Shown here: positions 27,560 to 37,756 of the stretch, one piece after another
How positions within the stretch are numbered: position 1 is the first letter of the stretch
Layout of the letters: every line of letters begins with the position of its first letter
Position numbers and translations under genes: made by a program
Notes under the pieces: model-generated
Told to the model about the DNA's origin: nothing
The model's input: the letters and a program-made list of their open reading frames with translations, nothing else
The model's database searches: none
NCBI GenBank assembly: GCA_964555645.1
Contig: CAZKTA010000002.1
Location: forward strand, 226,016 to 290,015
Direction of reading: 5' to 3'
DNA: 64,000 nucleotides
Source: an uncultured Verrucomicrobiota bacterium
GTDB lineage: Bacteria; Verrucomicrobiota; Verrucomicrobiia; Limisphaerales; DTLC01

Positions 27560-28897
27560 ATGCATACGGTCGAGCCAGCGGACATTTTTGCAAAGCTGCT
27601 TGCAGTGGCTGCATTGGTGTTGCTAAACGGCTTCTTTGTTGCAGCCGAGTTCGCCCTCGTACGGATCCGTGACACACAACTCGACGAACTTGTCCGCAAA
27701 GGCCTTCGGCGTGCCAAGGTCACACGCCATATCATCCAAAACCTCTCTGCGTACCTCAGCGCAACACAGTTGGGTATCACAATCGCCAGCCTCGGCCTGG
27801 GCTGGGTTGGCGAGCCTGTCTTCCGCACACTGTTGACACCCATATTTGACGCATTCGAAATCGGGTCGCTAACGCTCCGACAGTCAATCTCATTTGCAGT
27901 TGGGTTTTCAGCAATCACATTCCTGCACATTACAGTGGGCGAACTTGCACCGCGCTGGCTCGCCATACAAAAACCACTCACATACGCGCTCGGTGCTGCA
28001 CCTGCGTTGCGAGTGTTCTACATCGTTTCCTATCCGTTCGCGTGGCTCCTGAACAACGTTGCGCAGTGGCTGCTTAAACAGGCCGGCCTATCACCACACG
28101 AAGAAACCGAACGCGCTTATTCGGAAGAAGAACTCCGCCTGTTGTTCTCAGCTTCACAACAACGGCTCGGTACGACGAAACTGGGGCGCGACATCGTGTT
28201 GAATGCACTCGAGTTGCGCCATCGGCGCGCGCGCGACGTCATGCGCCCACGCCACGAAATTGTTGCCCTCGATACCGAGGCGAGCATCGCTCAATGCCTC
28301 GATGTAGCCGAGAAAACGCGGTACTCGCGCTTCCCACTGTGCGAAGGTGGTGACCTAGACAAAACGCTCGGGGTCGTTCATATCAAAGACCTCTACGCGA
28401 TGCGATTCAAAGCACGCAGCGGCTCAGACTTAGCAACGGTTGTGCGGAAACTTGTTTATGTGCCCGAAACAGCTCGACTTGAAAAACTGCTCGAAACACT
28501 ACTCCAACGCCGCACGCACATGGCAATTGTGGTTGATGAATACGGCACAACAACCGGCCTTGTCACACTTGAAAACATACTCGAAGAACTAGTCGGCCAG
28601 ATACAAGACGAGTTCGACATTGAAAAACCTTTGATAACACGCCTGACTGAAAACACATGGGACCTGGCCGGTCAACTCCCGTTGCATGAGCTTGCCGAGT
28701 TGACTGGTCTGCCGCTGCATGCTGAGGGCGTCACTACTGTCAGCGGCCTTGTAACACACAGGCTCGGGGGCTTCCCAAAGGTCGGCGATATACTCAAACT
28801 CGACGGGTTCGAGCTGCGCGTCGAAGAGATGGACGGCATGCGCGTCGCCCGGTTGCGCCTCGCAAAACTCGCAGAGCAGTCTGACCCACCCGCATGA
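27560..28897 (+). CDS. CNNM/CorB-family (DUF21-CBS-CorC_HlyC) protein, paralog 3
   Basis: The 445 aa product starts 2 nt after paralog 2 ends. It has AAEFALVRIR, GELAPRWLA, a CBS pair and a C-terminal domain (WDLAGQLPLHELAELTG...FELRVEEMDGMRVARLRL). Confidence 0.88.
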   Translation: MHTVEPADIFAKLLAVAALVLLNGFFVAAEFALVRIRDTQLDELVRKGLRRAKVTRHIIQNLSAYLSATQLGITIASLGLGWVGEPVFRTLLTPIFDAFEIGSLTLRQSISFAVGFSAITFLHITVGELAPRWLAIQKPLTYALGAAPALRVFYIVSYPFAWLLNNVAQWLLKQAGLSPHEETERAYSEEELRLLFSASQQRLGTTKLGRDIVLNALELRHRRARDVMRPRHEIVALDTEASIAQCLDVAEKTRYSRFPLCEGGDLDKTLGVVHIKDLYAMRFKARSGSDLATVVRKLVYVPETARLEKLLETLLQRRTHMAIVVDEYGTTTGLVTLENILEELVGQIQDEFDIEKPLITRLTENTWDLAGQLPLHELAELTGLPLHAEGVTTVSGLVTHRLGGFPKVGDILKLDGFELRVEEMDGMRVARLRLAKLAEQSDPPA

Positions 28898-29299
28898 TCG
28901 AGATATACAACTGCTCCTTTGCTTGGCAACTGCCCGCGGGCTGCGGCTGAACGTCCTTTTGCGAAATTAACCCCGTTCCAGCTTGCAGCAACACAGTTAA
29001 CCTGTTTCGCATAACCACCGCATGCATCTTTGGCGTTGCGCGTAACCAACCATGCTCCAAAGTCGTAGGACCGTGCGCTTTATCAGAAATTTCGTCGGTA
29101 GGCCACGTTGCGGAAAACTTATCTGTAACGCGCGATTCCACAAAGCCCTTAAATGAGTTCGCACCAAAACTCTGCTACAGTGGATCGGGCGTATGAAACT
29201 ATACCGTCCTACTTAGAAAGTGTGCTCGGCTCGCTGGAGCTGAACGTGAAGGAAGTCTCGTCTCAACGCCTGATGCCAGCGGCACGGTGCGTTCTCACC

Positions 29300-30178
29300 T
29301 CACCATGTAGCGCCGCGTACAGCCAGAATTGTTGTCACAAGTGCGCCTCCTGCAATCACAGCTGCTCCTAGCCACACGCCGTGCGCACACGCCGCAGCCG
29401 CAAACAGACCATTTAACACCAACCAAATGATCAACGGCTGCATACCGGTCCGACTGCGTTGTCCACCCAACCGTTTATTGACCAGCACCGGCGTTATAAA
29501 ACCCAAAATCAGAAGCGTTACCATCGCCCAGCCAAATAAACTAACAAGGGGCGCTCCATACCAAGTGGGTAAGCCAGGTCGGGTTTGCCAAACCCAAAAC
29601 TTGTTGACTCGGCTCCCGAAAATCTCAAGGCCAAGATCAAACAACGCTGCCAGTCCAGCTGCTATACCCATGACCCAAAACCCGTAATTGCGCGCCTTTC
29701 GCCACGGCCGCATGATCAATTTTGCCACCCCTCGCGCATTCAACACTACAATAATCCACACAAGCGGCATCGGCCACGGCACAAGCCCAAACACAAGCAA
29801 CCCAGCCGAGTCCAGGTAGCACATTTGGCCAAACGGTATCCCACATACTGCATCAAGCACCAGCACGCACGTGCCAATCAACACAACGACAAAAACCGCA
29901 AGCCAGACATTTTGTGCTGGTAAACCCCGTGTTGCAGCAGCAACTGTTGCACCTACAGCAACTAGCAATGTGAAAGTTGCAACCGGGCCACTGGCATCGG
30001 ATGGAATCAACTTAAACTCAATCCCGACCCACGCCGTAGCCAACAAAATCAACCCGACTATAAGCCCGGTGCCCAACGACCAGTCAACTGAAAGAGCCTT
30101 ATTTTCCGCTGCGGCGTTTGCAGCCGATACACTTTGCGAAGTTGTTTGGTTGTTTGTCACTGTTGCTGTCAGCTTCAC
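29300..30178 (-). CDS. Polytopic membrane protein of unknown function (possibly DUF422/carotenoid-biosynthesis-like)
   Basis: The 292 aa product has about 7-8 hydrophobic helices. The family guess is weak. Confidence 0.55.
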   Translation of the reverse strand: MKLTATVTNNQTTSQSVSAANAAAENKALSVDWSLGTGLIVGLILLATAWVGIEFKLIPSDASGPVATFTLLVAVGATVAAATRGLPAQNVWLAVFVVVLIGTCVLVLDAVCGIPFGQMCYLDSAGLLVFGLVPWPMPLVWIIVVLNARGVAKLIMRPWRKARNYGFWVMGIAAGLAALFDLGLEIFGSRVNKFWVWQTRPGLPTWYGAPLVSLFGWAMVTLLILGFITPVLVNKRLGGQRSRTGMQPLIIWLVLNGLFAAAACAHGVWLGAAVIAGGALVTTILAVRGATW

Positions 30179-30441
30179 CTCTACAACAAAAAATTAAAAG
30201 CCAAAAACCTGCTCAAAAACCGACGGAACGACCGGTTCAATAGTCGTGCTGGCGGTTAGTTAAAGAACGGCCATGTTGCCCCGCCCAAACCGACAATCAC
30301 AACGGCTTGATTGAGCAAGACACTTCTGAAATATCGGTTTGTCATTAGTGTCTTCTGGATCGGTTTACCTGGTATCCAGCGCAGGCTGAGTTCGAGATTT
30401 GGTCTTTTCCAATCGCGTGATTTGCTGTTGACTTCTCTCTG

Positions 30442-31392
30442 ATGCAACCGCTGCGAATTGTGTTTATGGGCACGGCTGAATTAGCCTGCCCGAGCTTGGC
30501 CGCATTACTCGCGCAAGGTCAATTCAACCTCGTTGCAGTCGTAACCCAGCCCGATAAACCAAAAGGCCGCAACCTCATTGTTCAACCTAGTCCCGTCAAA
30601 CAACTTGCATTGCAACATGGCCTGCAAGTGCTACAACCAGAGAAGGCTCGTAACCCGGATTTTTTAGCCGCACTAAAAGCTTTGAAACCGGAGCTGATTG
30701 TTGTGGCTGCATATGGTCAGATTTTACCAGAGGCGATTTTGCGCATACCTCGATTTGGTTGCATAAACGTGCATGCGTCTCTGCTGCCCAAATACCGCGG
30801 TGCAGCGCCAATTCAATGGGCAATCTTTAACGATGAGACCGAGACCGGCATCACGATCATGAAAATTGATGCCGGCCTAGACACCGGCGACATTATCGCA
30901 CAAAAAGCTACGCCAATTTACCCGCACGATACCGCACAAGTATTGCATGACCGGCTTGCCCATATGGGCGCAGAACTGCTGGTGCAAGTCATCCCAGATT
31001 ATGTTGCCGGCAAAATCGAGCCTCGACCACAACCGAAAGAAGGCGCAACTTACGCGCCCAAAATACAAAAGGAACACGGTAGAATTGATTGGTCACGGCC
31101 AGCACGCGCCATCTGGAACCAAGTCCGCGCGTTTGTCCCATGGCCGGGTGCATATACTTATCTTAGCAGTGGGACAAGTCCCATACTGCTTAAAATTTGG
31201 CAGGTCGAGGTTGTTCCGGGTACAACCGGTTCGGCCGGAGAAATTCTCAGCGCAGACAAAACCGGTATATGCGTTGCTTGCGGCAAAGACACACTGCGCA
31301 TATTGGAACTCCAACCGCAAGACCGCCGCAGAATGACTGCGCAAGAGTTCATCGCAGGACATAAATTATGCCCGGGCGACCGGCTCGGGTAA
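30442..31392 (+). CDS. fmt: Methionyl-tRNA formyltransferase
   Basis: It has RIVFMGTAELACPSL and NVHASLLPKYRGAAPIQWAI, with a C-terminal Fmt domain. Confidence 0.93.
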   Translation: MQPLRIVFMGTAELACPSLAALLAQGQFNLVAVVTQPDKPKGRNLIVQPSPVKQLALQHGLQVLQPEKARNPDFLAALKALKPELIVVAAYGQILPEAILRIPRFGCINVHASLLPKYRGAAPIQWAIFNDETETGITIMKIDAGLDTGDIIAQKATPIYPHDTAQVLHDRLAHMGAELLVQVIPDYVAGKIEPRPQPKEGATYAPKIQKEHGRIDWSRPARAIWNQVRAFVPWPGAYTYLSSGTSPILLKIWQVEVVPGTTGSAGEILSADKTGICVACGKDTLRILELQPQDRRRMTAQEFIAGHKLCPGDRLG

Positions 31393-31534
31393 TTTGTAAG
31401 AATTGCTCCAGCACCAATTTATAATTCCTTCTCAAGACGGATCGCAAACCGAAGATGCGTTTGTCTGTTCCACCGGCTCACATGCTCACACCGAAAGTTG
31501 AAACAACCACAGCGGCAGTCTAAATTGCGCCGAA

Positions 31535-32566
31535 ATGAATTTTCTCACAAAAGCAGTTGCCGCTGAACAAGTCGCTAATCGGACCAACGGATCCGCGACG
31601 ACACCCATTCCACAGCTTCAGCACCAAATACTCGAGCTGAAAAAACAGCTCAATGCTGTCCTACTGGCGCACAATTATCAGATACCGGAAATCCAGGACC
31701 TGGCCGATTACGTCGGCGATTCGCTCGGGCTATCGCAGCAGGCAGCCAAGACTAACGCGCATGTAATTGTGTTCTGCGGCGTCCGGTTCATGGCCGAAAC
31801 AGCAAAGATCCTCAATCCGACCAAGCTTGTCTTATTACCCGATAAAGACGCTGGTTGCTCGCTCGAAGACAGTTGCCCGCCGGACAAACTGGCCGAGCTG
31901 CAAAGGACAAACCCAAACTTTTACACGATCGCATACATCAATTGCAGCGCAGCAGTTAAAGCACTCAGCGATATAATCTGCACAAGCGGCAACGCCGTTG
32001 AGATTGTCAAGGCTGCACCCCCTGACAAAGACTTGCTTTTCGTGCCTGACGAAAACCTCGGGCAATGGGTAATTGAACAAACCGGACGCAAAATGATCCT
32101 CTGGCCCGGTAACTGTTACGCGCACATCGAGTTCAGACGCGATAGTGTGCTCAAGCTCAAACAACAGTTCCCGGACGCAAAAGTGCTTGTGCATCCGGAG
32201 GCATTGCGCGAAGTACGCGACCTGGCTGACCTGGTCTGCTCAACCGAAAAAATGGTCAGCTACTGCAAGTCGAGCTCGGCTACGCGATTCATAATTGTGA
32301 CCGAGTCCGGCATTGTTCACAGACTCCAAAAAGAATGCACCGGCAAAGAATTCATTTGCGCGCCCGTGCACGATGTCATGCGGATGCCAACTGACCCGTG
32401 CCGTTGTAGCCAATGTAAGTTCATGAAGCTTAACACACTCGAGAAACTCCGCGACTGCATGAAAAATCTTCATCCACGCATCGAGTTGCCAGAAGATCTC
32501 TTGCACCGCGCACGCATACCAATCGAACGGATGCTGGAGAGTTCGACCCAAACAAAAGGGGTTTGA
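31535..32566 (+). CDS. nadA: Quinolinate synthase
   Basis: It has LLAHNYQIPEIQDLADYVGDSL, FCGVRFMAETAKIL and YINCSAAVKA, the three-fold NadA repeat pattern with conserved Cys residues. Confidence 0.9.
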   Translation: MNFLTKAVAAEQVANRTNGSATTPIPQLQHQILELKKQLNAVLLAHNYQIPEIQDLADYVGDSLGLSQQAAKTNAHVIVFCGVRFMAETAKILNPTKLVLLPDKDAGCSLEDSCPPDKLAELQRTNPNFYTIAYINCSAAVKALSDIICTSGNAVEIVKAAPPDKDLLFVPDENLGQWVIEQTGRKMILWPGNCYAHIEFRRDSVLKLKQQFPDAKVLVHPEALREVRDLADLVCSTEKMVSYCKSSSATRFIIVTESGIVHRLQKECTGKEFICAPVHDVMRMPTDPCRCSQCKFMKLNTLEKLRDCMKNLHPRIELPEDLLHRARIPIERMLESSTQTKGV

Positions 32567-33238
32567 TACAGCTTTTTCTGTGTGCTCACCTCGCAAAAAT
32601 CTGCATCCATGGGGACACGACGCCCGTAAACCGAGGTTCATCGTCGCGCATTTGGCGGCAGCGCCACATGTTTGTCAAGTTTACGACGACCAAAGGCCAT
32701 GTCATGGACGAAACAAAGCACGAGTGAATGAATTACAAAAGTAGAGGAAAACTTTGTGGCCGTCGTGGTCTTGGCTCGACAGCCCAGGAAGGCACCATGC
32801 TCGCCCATCTGTTTTCACGTTCGCAGTTTATCGAAAAGTATCTAAACGCACGGCTCAACAAGCCCACGAGCCACAAAAGAACAGGTTATTGTGTAGCGAG
32901 TCCATACCACCGAAACTACCCACCCACTCAATCGGCTAAGTTCGGACACGATATCAGGCTGTTGTAAAAAGCCTGCTCTAAAAAGTTGCCCACAGAAAAC
33001 ATTGGCTTTTTGCATGTTTTCGGCTTGAAACTGACTTTCTTCACCGGCCTGCTTTTGTTGTGCTTAACGGTTGCAGTCTGTGAAAACAGCGTCCAATCAA
33101 ACATTACACACCGGGCCTACAATTCGTTCGGTTAAGCTGCCTCCAGCCATGTGCAAGAAAACCGTCGTGCTCTTGTGCGGCTGAGCGTCATAGCTGGTGC
33201 AGAATCACAAATGCAAGCAACCGCCGTATTTTGTCCGA

Positions 33239-35353
33239 TCACGGTTCCAACTGGACACGATAGAAACGCATCTGTGATGTCTGAGGCAACAAGTTTGTCT
33301 GGCAATTAATTGGAGGGGTGGCAGCAATGTTTGTCTGAACGATCAACTCGAGATTCGTGGCCAGATTGGTCGTTGTCAGTAAAGTTGGGTCAGAAGCCGC
33401 AAAAAGTCGGTAATGCCGACCTACTGCACTTGGCCACTCGATTACCACGCCGCCCGCAGGCACAGTTTTGATGGACGTAATACGGAAGCGTGAGTCTGAG
33501 TTTGTCGGGCTGGTACCAGCAAGGCATTCCACAAGGTTGTTTTGGCCGTCGCCATCCGGATCAGCATGCGGGTTGGTGCCCGTTAATTGACCGAAATACG
33601 CGTGCTCCCACCAATCTGGCAAACCGTTTGCATCAGTATCAACTATCCGCGCAAGGTTAAGCCGTCCGCCGGTCAGCGTTTTGCCGGCCAAGTTTGTGCA
33701 TGGCGTTACATTGTCGAGTATCCTGCGAATGCGCTCTGTCACGGTTTCATTTGGGAAACACATCGCTGCTAAGGCAACGGCGCCTGCCACGTGCGGTGTA
33801 GCCATGGACGTGCCGTCCTTATAACCGTGTACAACATTGGTATCGGGCGCGCACACCACAGTGCCCACGGCAGGGAGTGCGGCTAAAATGGCCAGGCCGG
33901 CTGCCTGCGAAATACTAATGGCAGGAATCCAGTTGCTCGGGTATTGGAGTGTGCCTCTGAACCCGCCCGGCTCGCGGTTGTAAATTACCGCGGCACGCGC
34001 GCCTGCGGCCATTGCGTTGGCAACTTTGACAGAAAAGAATATCTCACCGCGTTTGATAAGTGCGATGTTGCCGTGCACCTCTGGAGGGAAATTCGTAGGG
34101 TAACCCAAACCACAATCGTAAATCATGCCTGTTATACCCGTGGTTTCGCTCGAGTAGGTCATCGGTTGACCGCTATAAACATTTGACCCGAGCTGGACGT
34201 AACACGAAAACCCATACAAGGGCGGGATCGTTGACACTATGTTCACCCCAGGAGCTGCCAGGTCAACGTTCGTCGCGCCAAAACTGGAAAAACTTGCAAG
34301 CGAGTCGCTTTGGTCAGAGGCCGCCACCGCGATCAAGTTGTGCGCTTGATAACAGGCCGGGTAGTAAGGTGTCGCATCCACGTTTGTTGACCTGTTTCCT
34401 GCAGCTGCGCAAAAAACAATACCCGCATCGCCAGCGGCAAGGATTGAATCGCGCTCCATCTCGGTAAAGTCGGAACTGCCATACGATGCATTAATCGCCA
34501 CCACATTGACCCCGCGCTGTTTCATCAATGTAGCATACTCGACAGCCCCGATAACTGCCGATGTTGGCAAACTGGTCCCGGTAGTCGATGCTTTTAGGGC
34601 CATTATACGCGCCCGAAAATTCACTCCAATAATACCCTGCCCGTCGTTTCCGACTGCGGCTATAGTTCCAGCAACGTGCGTACCGTGGTCGGAAGAATCA
34701 CTGGGATCGTTGGTCCAGCCGGCGAAATCGTAGCCCACCACATCGTCCACGTAACCGTTGCCATCGTCATCAATGCCGTTGCCGGGCACTTCGGCAGCAT
34801 TCGTCCATATATTCGGCGCAATATCCGGATGAGTGTAATCCACGCCGGTATCAACCACGGCCACCACAACCTCGCTTGTAGCAGCCAAGCACATCCCCCA
34901 TGCCGCCAAGAAACTTATGTCGGCACCGGCCATGCCGCTGACCTCGTTTACTGACTGGCCACTGTTTTGTAAACCCCAAAGTTGGGGGAACAGCGGGTCG
35001 TTCGGCGGCCGCATATCGCAAAGCTCACGCAGGTAGTTAGGCTCCACATTTTCAACACTCGGATCATGTTTTAACTCAGCAATTAACGCCGCCGTAGCCC
35101 GGTGCGGCGCGCGTACCAAAGCGTGGACGCGCCCACGCCGCTTCGACAGCAGCGGAAAGTGCCTGACAACTTCTAATGACCGGACCCGCGCCATGCCGCG
35201 CACTTTTTCCCAATCAACCGATTCCTTGAAAGTGACGAGAACTTCGCCTTCGACGTAATTTCCCCTAATTTGTCCCGTCTCAACAGCACCGAAACCACAC
35301 CAGGAAACAAGCCCCAGCGCAAGGGCCACCCACAAGAGACACTTGGCATTCAT
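33239..35353 (-). CDS. Secreted subtilisin-like serine protease (S8) with PA domain and C-terminal beta-sandwich tail
   Basis: The ORF is 33239..35434; the signal-peptide start MNAKCLLWVALALGL is at 35353. The catalytic triad contexts are VVDTGVDYTHPD, HGTHVAGTIAA and GTSMATPHVAGAVAL. It also has calcium-binding TSP3-like DPDGDGQNN and ends in MRFYRVQLEP. Confidence 0.9.
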   Translation of the reverse strand: MNAKCLLWVALALGLVSWCGFGAVETGQIRGNYVEGEVLVTFKESVDWEKVRGMARVRSLEVVRHFPLLSKRRGRVHALVRAPHRATAALIAELKHDPSVENVEPNYLRELCDMRPPNDPLFPQLWGLQNSGQSVNEVSGMAGADISFLAAWGMCLAATSEVVVAVVDTGVDYTHPDIAPNIWTNAAEVPGNGIDDDGNGYVDDVVGYDFAGWTNDPSDSSDHGTHVAGTIAAVGNDGQGIIGVNFRARIMALKASTTGTSLPTSAVIGAVEYATLMKQRGVNVVAINASYGSSDFTEMERDSILAAGDAGIVFCAAAGNRSTNVDATPYYPACYQAHNLIAVAASDQSDSLASFSSFGATNVDLAAPGVNIVSTIPPLYGFSCYVQLGSNVYSGQPMTYSSETTGITGMIYDCGLGYPTNFPPEVHGNIALIKRGEIFFSVKVANAMAAGARAAVIYNREPGGFRGTLQYPSNWIPAISISQAAGLAILAALPAVGTVVCAPDTNVVHGYKDGTSMATPHVAGAVALAAMCFPNETVTERIRRILDNVTPCTNLAGKTLTGGRLNLARIVDTDANGLPDWWEHAYFGQLTGTNPHADPDGDGQNNLVECLAGTSPTNSDSRFRITSIKTVPAGGVVIEWPSAVGRHYRLFAASDPTLLTTTNLATNLELIVQTNIAATPPINCQTNLLPQTSQMRFYRVQLEP

Positions 35354-35917
35354 TAGATGCGTTTTTTTGTGATTAAACTCACCCCGCCTGTGGTCACAGT
35401 CAAGTGACAATCCTCTGGCACCACCAACTGGCAATTACTCACCCCGATAAACCGTTCGGCGGGGATAAAAACCTCGCACAGAACAACGTTGAATTTTGCA
35501 AACTCTAGCCGGGACAAGAAATAAAACACGACACTGGGTACACCATGATAAATCGAGCGATTGAATATCGAACATTGCCATGCACGTTGCTGTGCAGTAC
35601 GACCCTCCGCCACACTCATCTCAATCGAACGGCTGCTGCAGGTTTCAGCAAGAGCTAAACTCGCACGAATTGCAGGTGCCAAAAACTCCTTTATGCCCAA
35701 TGATCAACTCGAACTTGTTCGCGCCGTTTCTCCCGCAGTTATTAAATTTCGCGGACCGTTTGCCCATGCCACCGCGCACCTTCATGACGGCCAGTTCTAC
35801 CACACAATGTCGAGCTTTCCAGCCTTCGGATGACGCACCGCTGGCACTGCTCATTTTTACACAGGTTGCCGACACTCACACGCAACTGAAACCCCGACCA
35901 GCCGAATGCACTCGTAT

Positions 35918-36667
35918 TTACGGCCTGTACCAATCGCGTAACCTGACCTCAATGCCGAGGTCATTTCCAACGAGTGATTTGAACTTCTCAAGGTCGCTCC
36001 CGCGACAGTGGTATGGATAAACAATTTTGGGCTTGAACTCGCGCACTGCACTTGCCGCCTGCTCGACCGTCATTGTGTACGGCAGGTTCATGCAAACAAA
36101 CGCAATGTCTATGTCCTTGAGGCTACGCATTTCGGGGATGTCCTCGGTATCGCCGCTGATGTAGATTCGAGTCTCGCCCAATGTGAGCACGTAACCGTTG
36201 CCGCGGCCTTTGGGGTGGTACCGAAGGCGGTCCGGTGTGGTGTTGTACATAGGCACTGCTTCAATCTTGATGCCCAAGACGGTCTCTGTCTGGCCATTGG
36301 TCATGATAGCACTCCGTTTCCGCAGCGGCTCAGCCAATTGATCTGCAACAGCGGGCGGTACAACAAACCGGGTCTTGTCTGTGACAACACCGCGCAGTGT
36401 GTCAACACTAAGATGGTCACCGTGGATATCCGTGATCAATACAAGGTCGGGCTTATCGAGGCGGGCAAATCGTTCCGCTGGCCCCACCGGATCAACGTAA
36501 ATCATCTGCTCATTCCATTCGAGCGCAAATGTGGCGTGATTTAATATGTGAACGATGAGGTCGCCCTTAAGCGTTCGGATCTGGTCGGTATTTGATTCCG
36601 TGGCCGCTGCTCTTATAATCTGTGGGCAGATCAACAGTGCAATTATAGCAAGACTCAACGGTTTCAT
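35918..36667 (-). CDS. MBL-fold metallo-hydrolase (exported)
   Basis: The ORF is 35918..36751; the start MKPLSLAIIALLICPQI is at 36667. The metal motif is LITDIHGDHL. Confidence 0.75.
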   Translation of the reverse strand: MKPLSLAIIALLICPQIIRAAATESNTDQIRTLKGDLIVHILNHATFALEWNEQMIYVDPVGPAERFARLDKPDLVLITDIHGDHLSVDTLRGVVTDKTRFVVPPAVADQLAEPLRKRSAIMTNGQTETVLGIKIEAVPMYNTTPDRLRYHPKGRGNGYVLTLGETRIYISGDTEDIPEMRSLKDIDIAFVCMNLPYTMTVEQAASAVREFKPKIVYPYHCRGSDLEKFKSLVGNDLGIEVRLRDWYRP

Positions 36668-36990
36668 GGTGAAATCATCTGCCAGCTCGGCCTGAAAAGC
36701 AACTGCAAAGCCACTGACAACCACTCGCGCCCTCGAAATCCTTCCCAACAAGAACGTTCTTAGTCCACGCTTGAGTGTGAAGAAACTTCAAAACCGGCCA
36801 CATGCGGCTATGCGGCGCTAACCATTCAATTGGTAGGGGCACGTCGCCGATTCGACTGCGCACAGGTGGGGATGAGTTGTCCCTACGAAACCGCATTCGT
36901 GGGCGATTCGATTGGCTGGCGGGATTAAGGCCTGGAAATTTTGGGCGCACAAACATGGCCTTAACGCTGAATTCGGGTTGCTATGCCATC

Positions 36991-37455
36991 TCACTCGCCC
37001 AACAGCCAGCGTACGTCCCCGACCAAGTCACCTGCAAACTCACGGAGTTGCTCGGGCTTGATCGGCAAGTATTTCCCGCAAGCCTCGGCAATCGTTGTTC
37101 CATCAACAGTCTGCGCCGTGGCTTGAGCCTCAAAAAGGCGCCCTTTGCGGTTTGCTGTCAGTCGGCCGGTTAACAGTAGCTCTTGGCCGGGCGTGAGCGG
37201 CTTCAGATAACGCACGGTTAGTTCAGCGCACACAGCAAACTTGCAGGTCTGAACAGCGCATGCCCAAACCATGACTTCGTCCAAAACAGTTGCAATGATA
37301 CCCCCGTGCACAACTCCTTTGAACCCAACATGCGCAGCCTGCGGTGTGAATCGCGCCCGGGCAACGCGGCCGTCTGTATTGAACCGGAGCTGTAACCCGG
37401 CCGGGTTGGCCTCACCACACACAAAACACGACAGTGTATGCGGCAAAGTGTGCAT
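36991..37455 (-). CDS. PaaI-family hotdog-fold thioesterase
   Basis: The ORF is 36991..37551; I prefer the ATG at 37455. It has CFVCGEANPAGLQLRF and VHGGIIATVLDEVM. Confidence 0.75.
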   Translation of the reverse strand: MHTLPHTLSCFVCGEANPAGLQLRFNTDGRVARARFTPQAAHVGFKGVVHGGIIATVLDEVMVWACAVQTCKFAVCAELTVRYLKPLTPGQELLLTGRLTANRKGRLFEAQATAQTVDGTTIAEACGKYLPIKPEQLREFAGDLVGDVRWLLGE

Positions 37456-37756
37456 GCAATAATTGGCCTGTAGCAATGCAAAATGCGCAAGCAGATTTTT
37501 ACGCCGATTGATTCGACCTTTGTCCTTGGCCACAAAAAGTTCGTAATGCACACTTCAGCGGCCAACAACGGGAACGGACTTTTGGCACCTGCGCGTCCCG
37601 GAATCCGAGCAACTAATCCGCAAGAACGACAACATCGCAAACCATCGTCATCTCGCTGCAAACTAGCAGTCAAACTTAGTGAGAGTCGCAAATCGAACTT
37701 GATCGCGATTACTCACTTCTTGCAACACATAGCAATTCACTGACAATTGTCTTCGC

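Noticed and set aside
32775-32830. CAGCCCAGGAAGGCACC as a possible SRP (4.5S) RNA domain IV
   Set aside because: The GGAA is not closed by the expected helix, the conserved AGCA/GUCAGG asymmetric loop context is missing, and no complementary 5-prime/3-prime arms are evident.
35645-35875. A 76-codon Cys/Gly-rich ORF upstream of the S8 protease as a precursor peptide or zinc-ribbon protein
   Set aside because: There is no recognisable CxxC pairing geometry, no adjacent maturation enzymes, and competing ORFs in other frames of similar length. It is not supportable from sequence alone.
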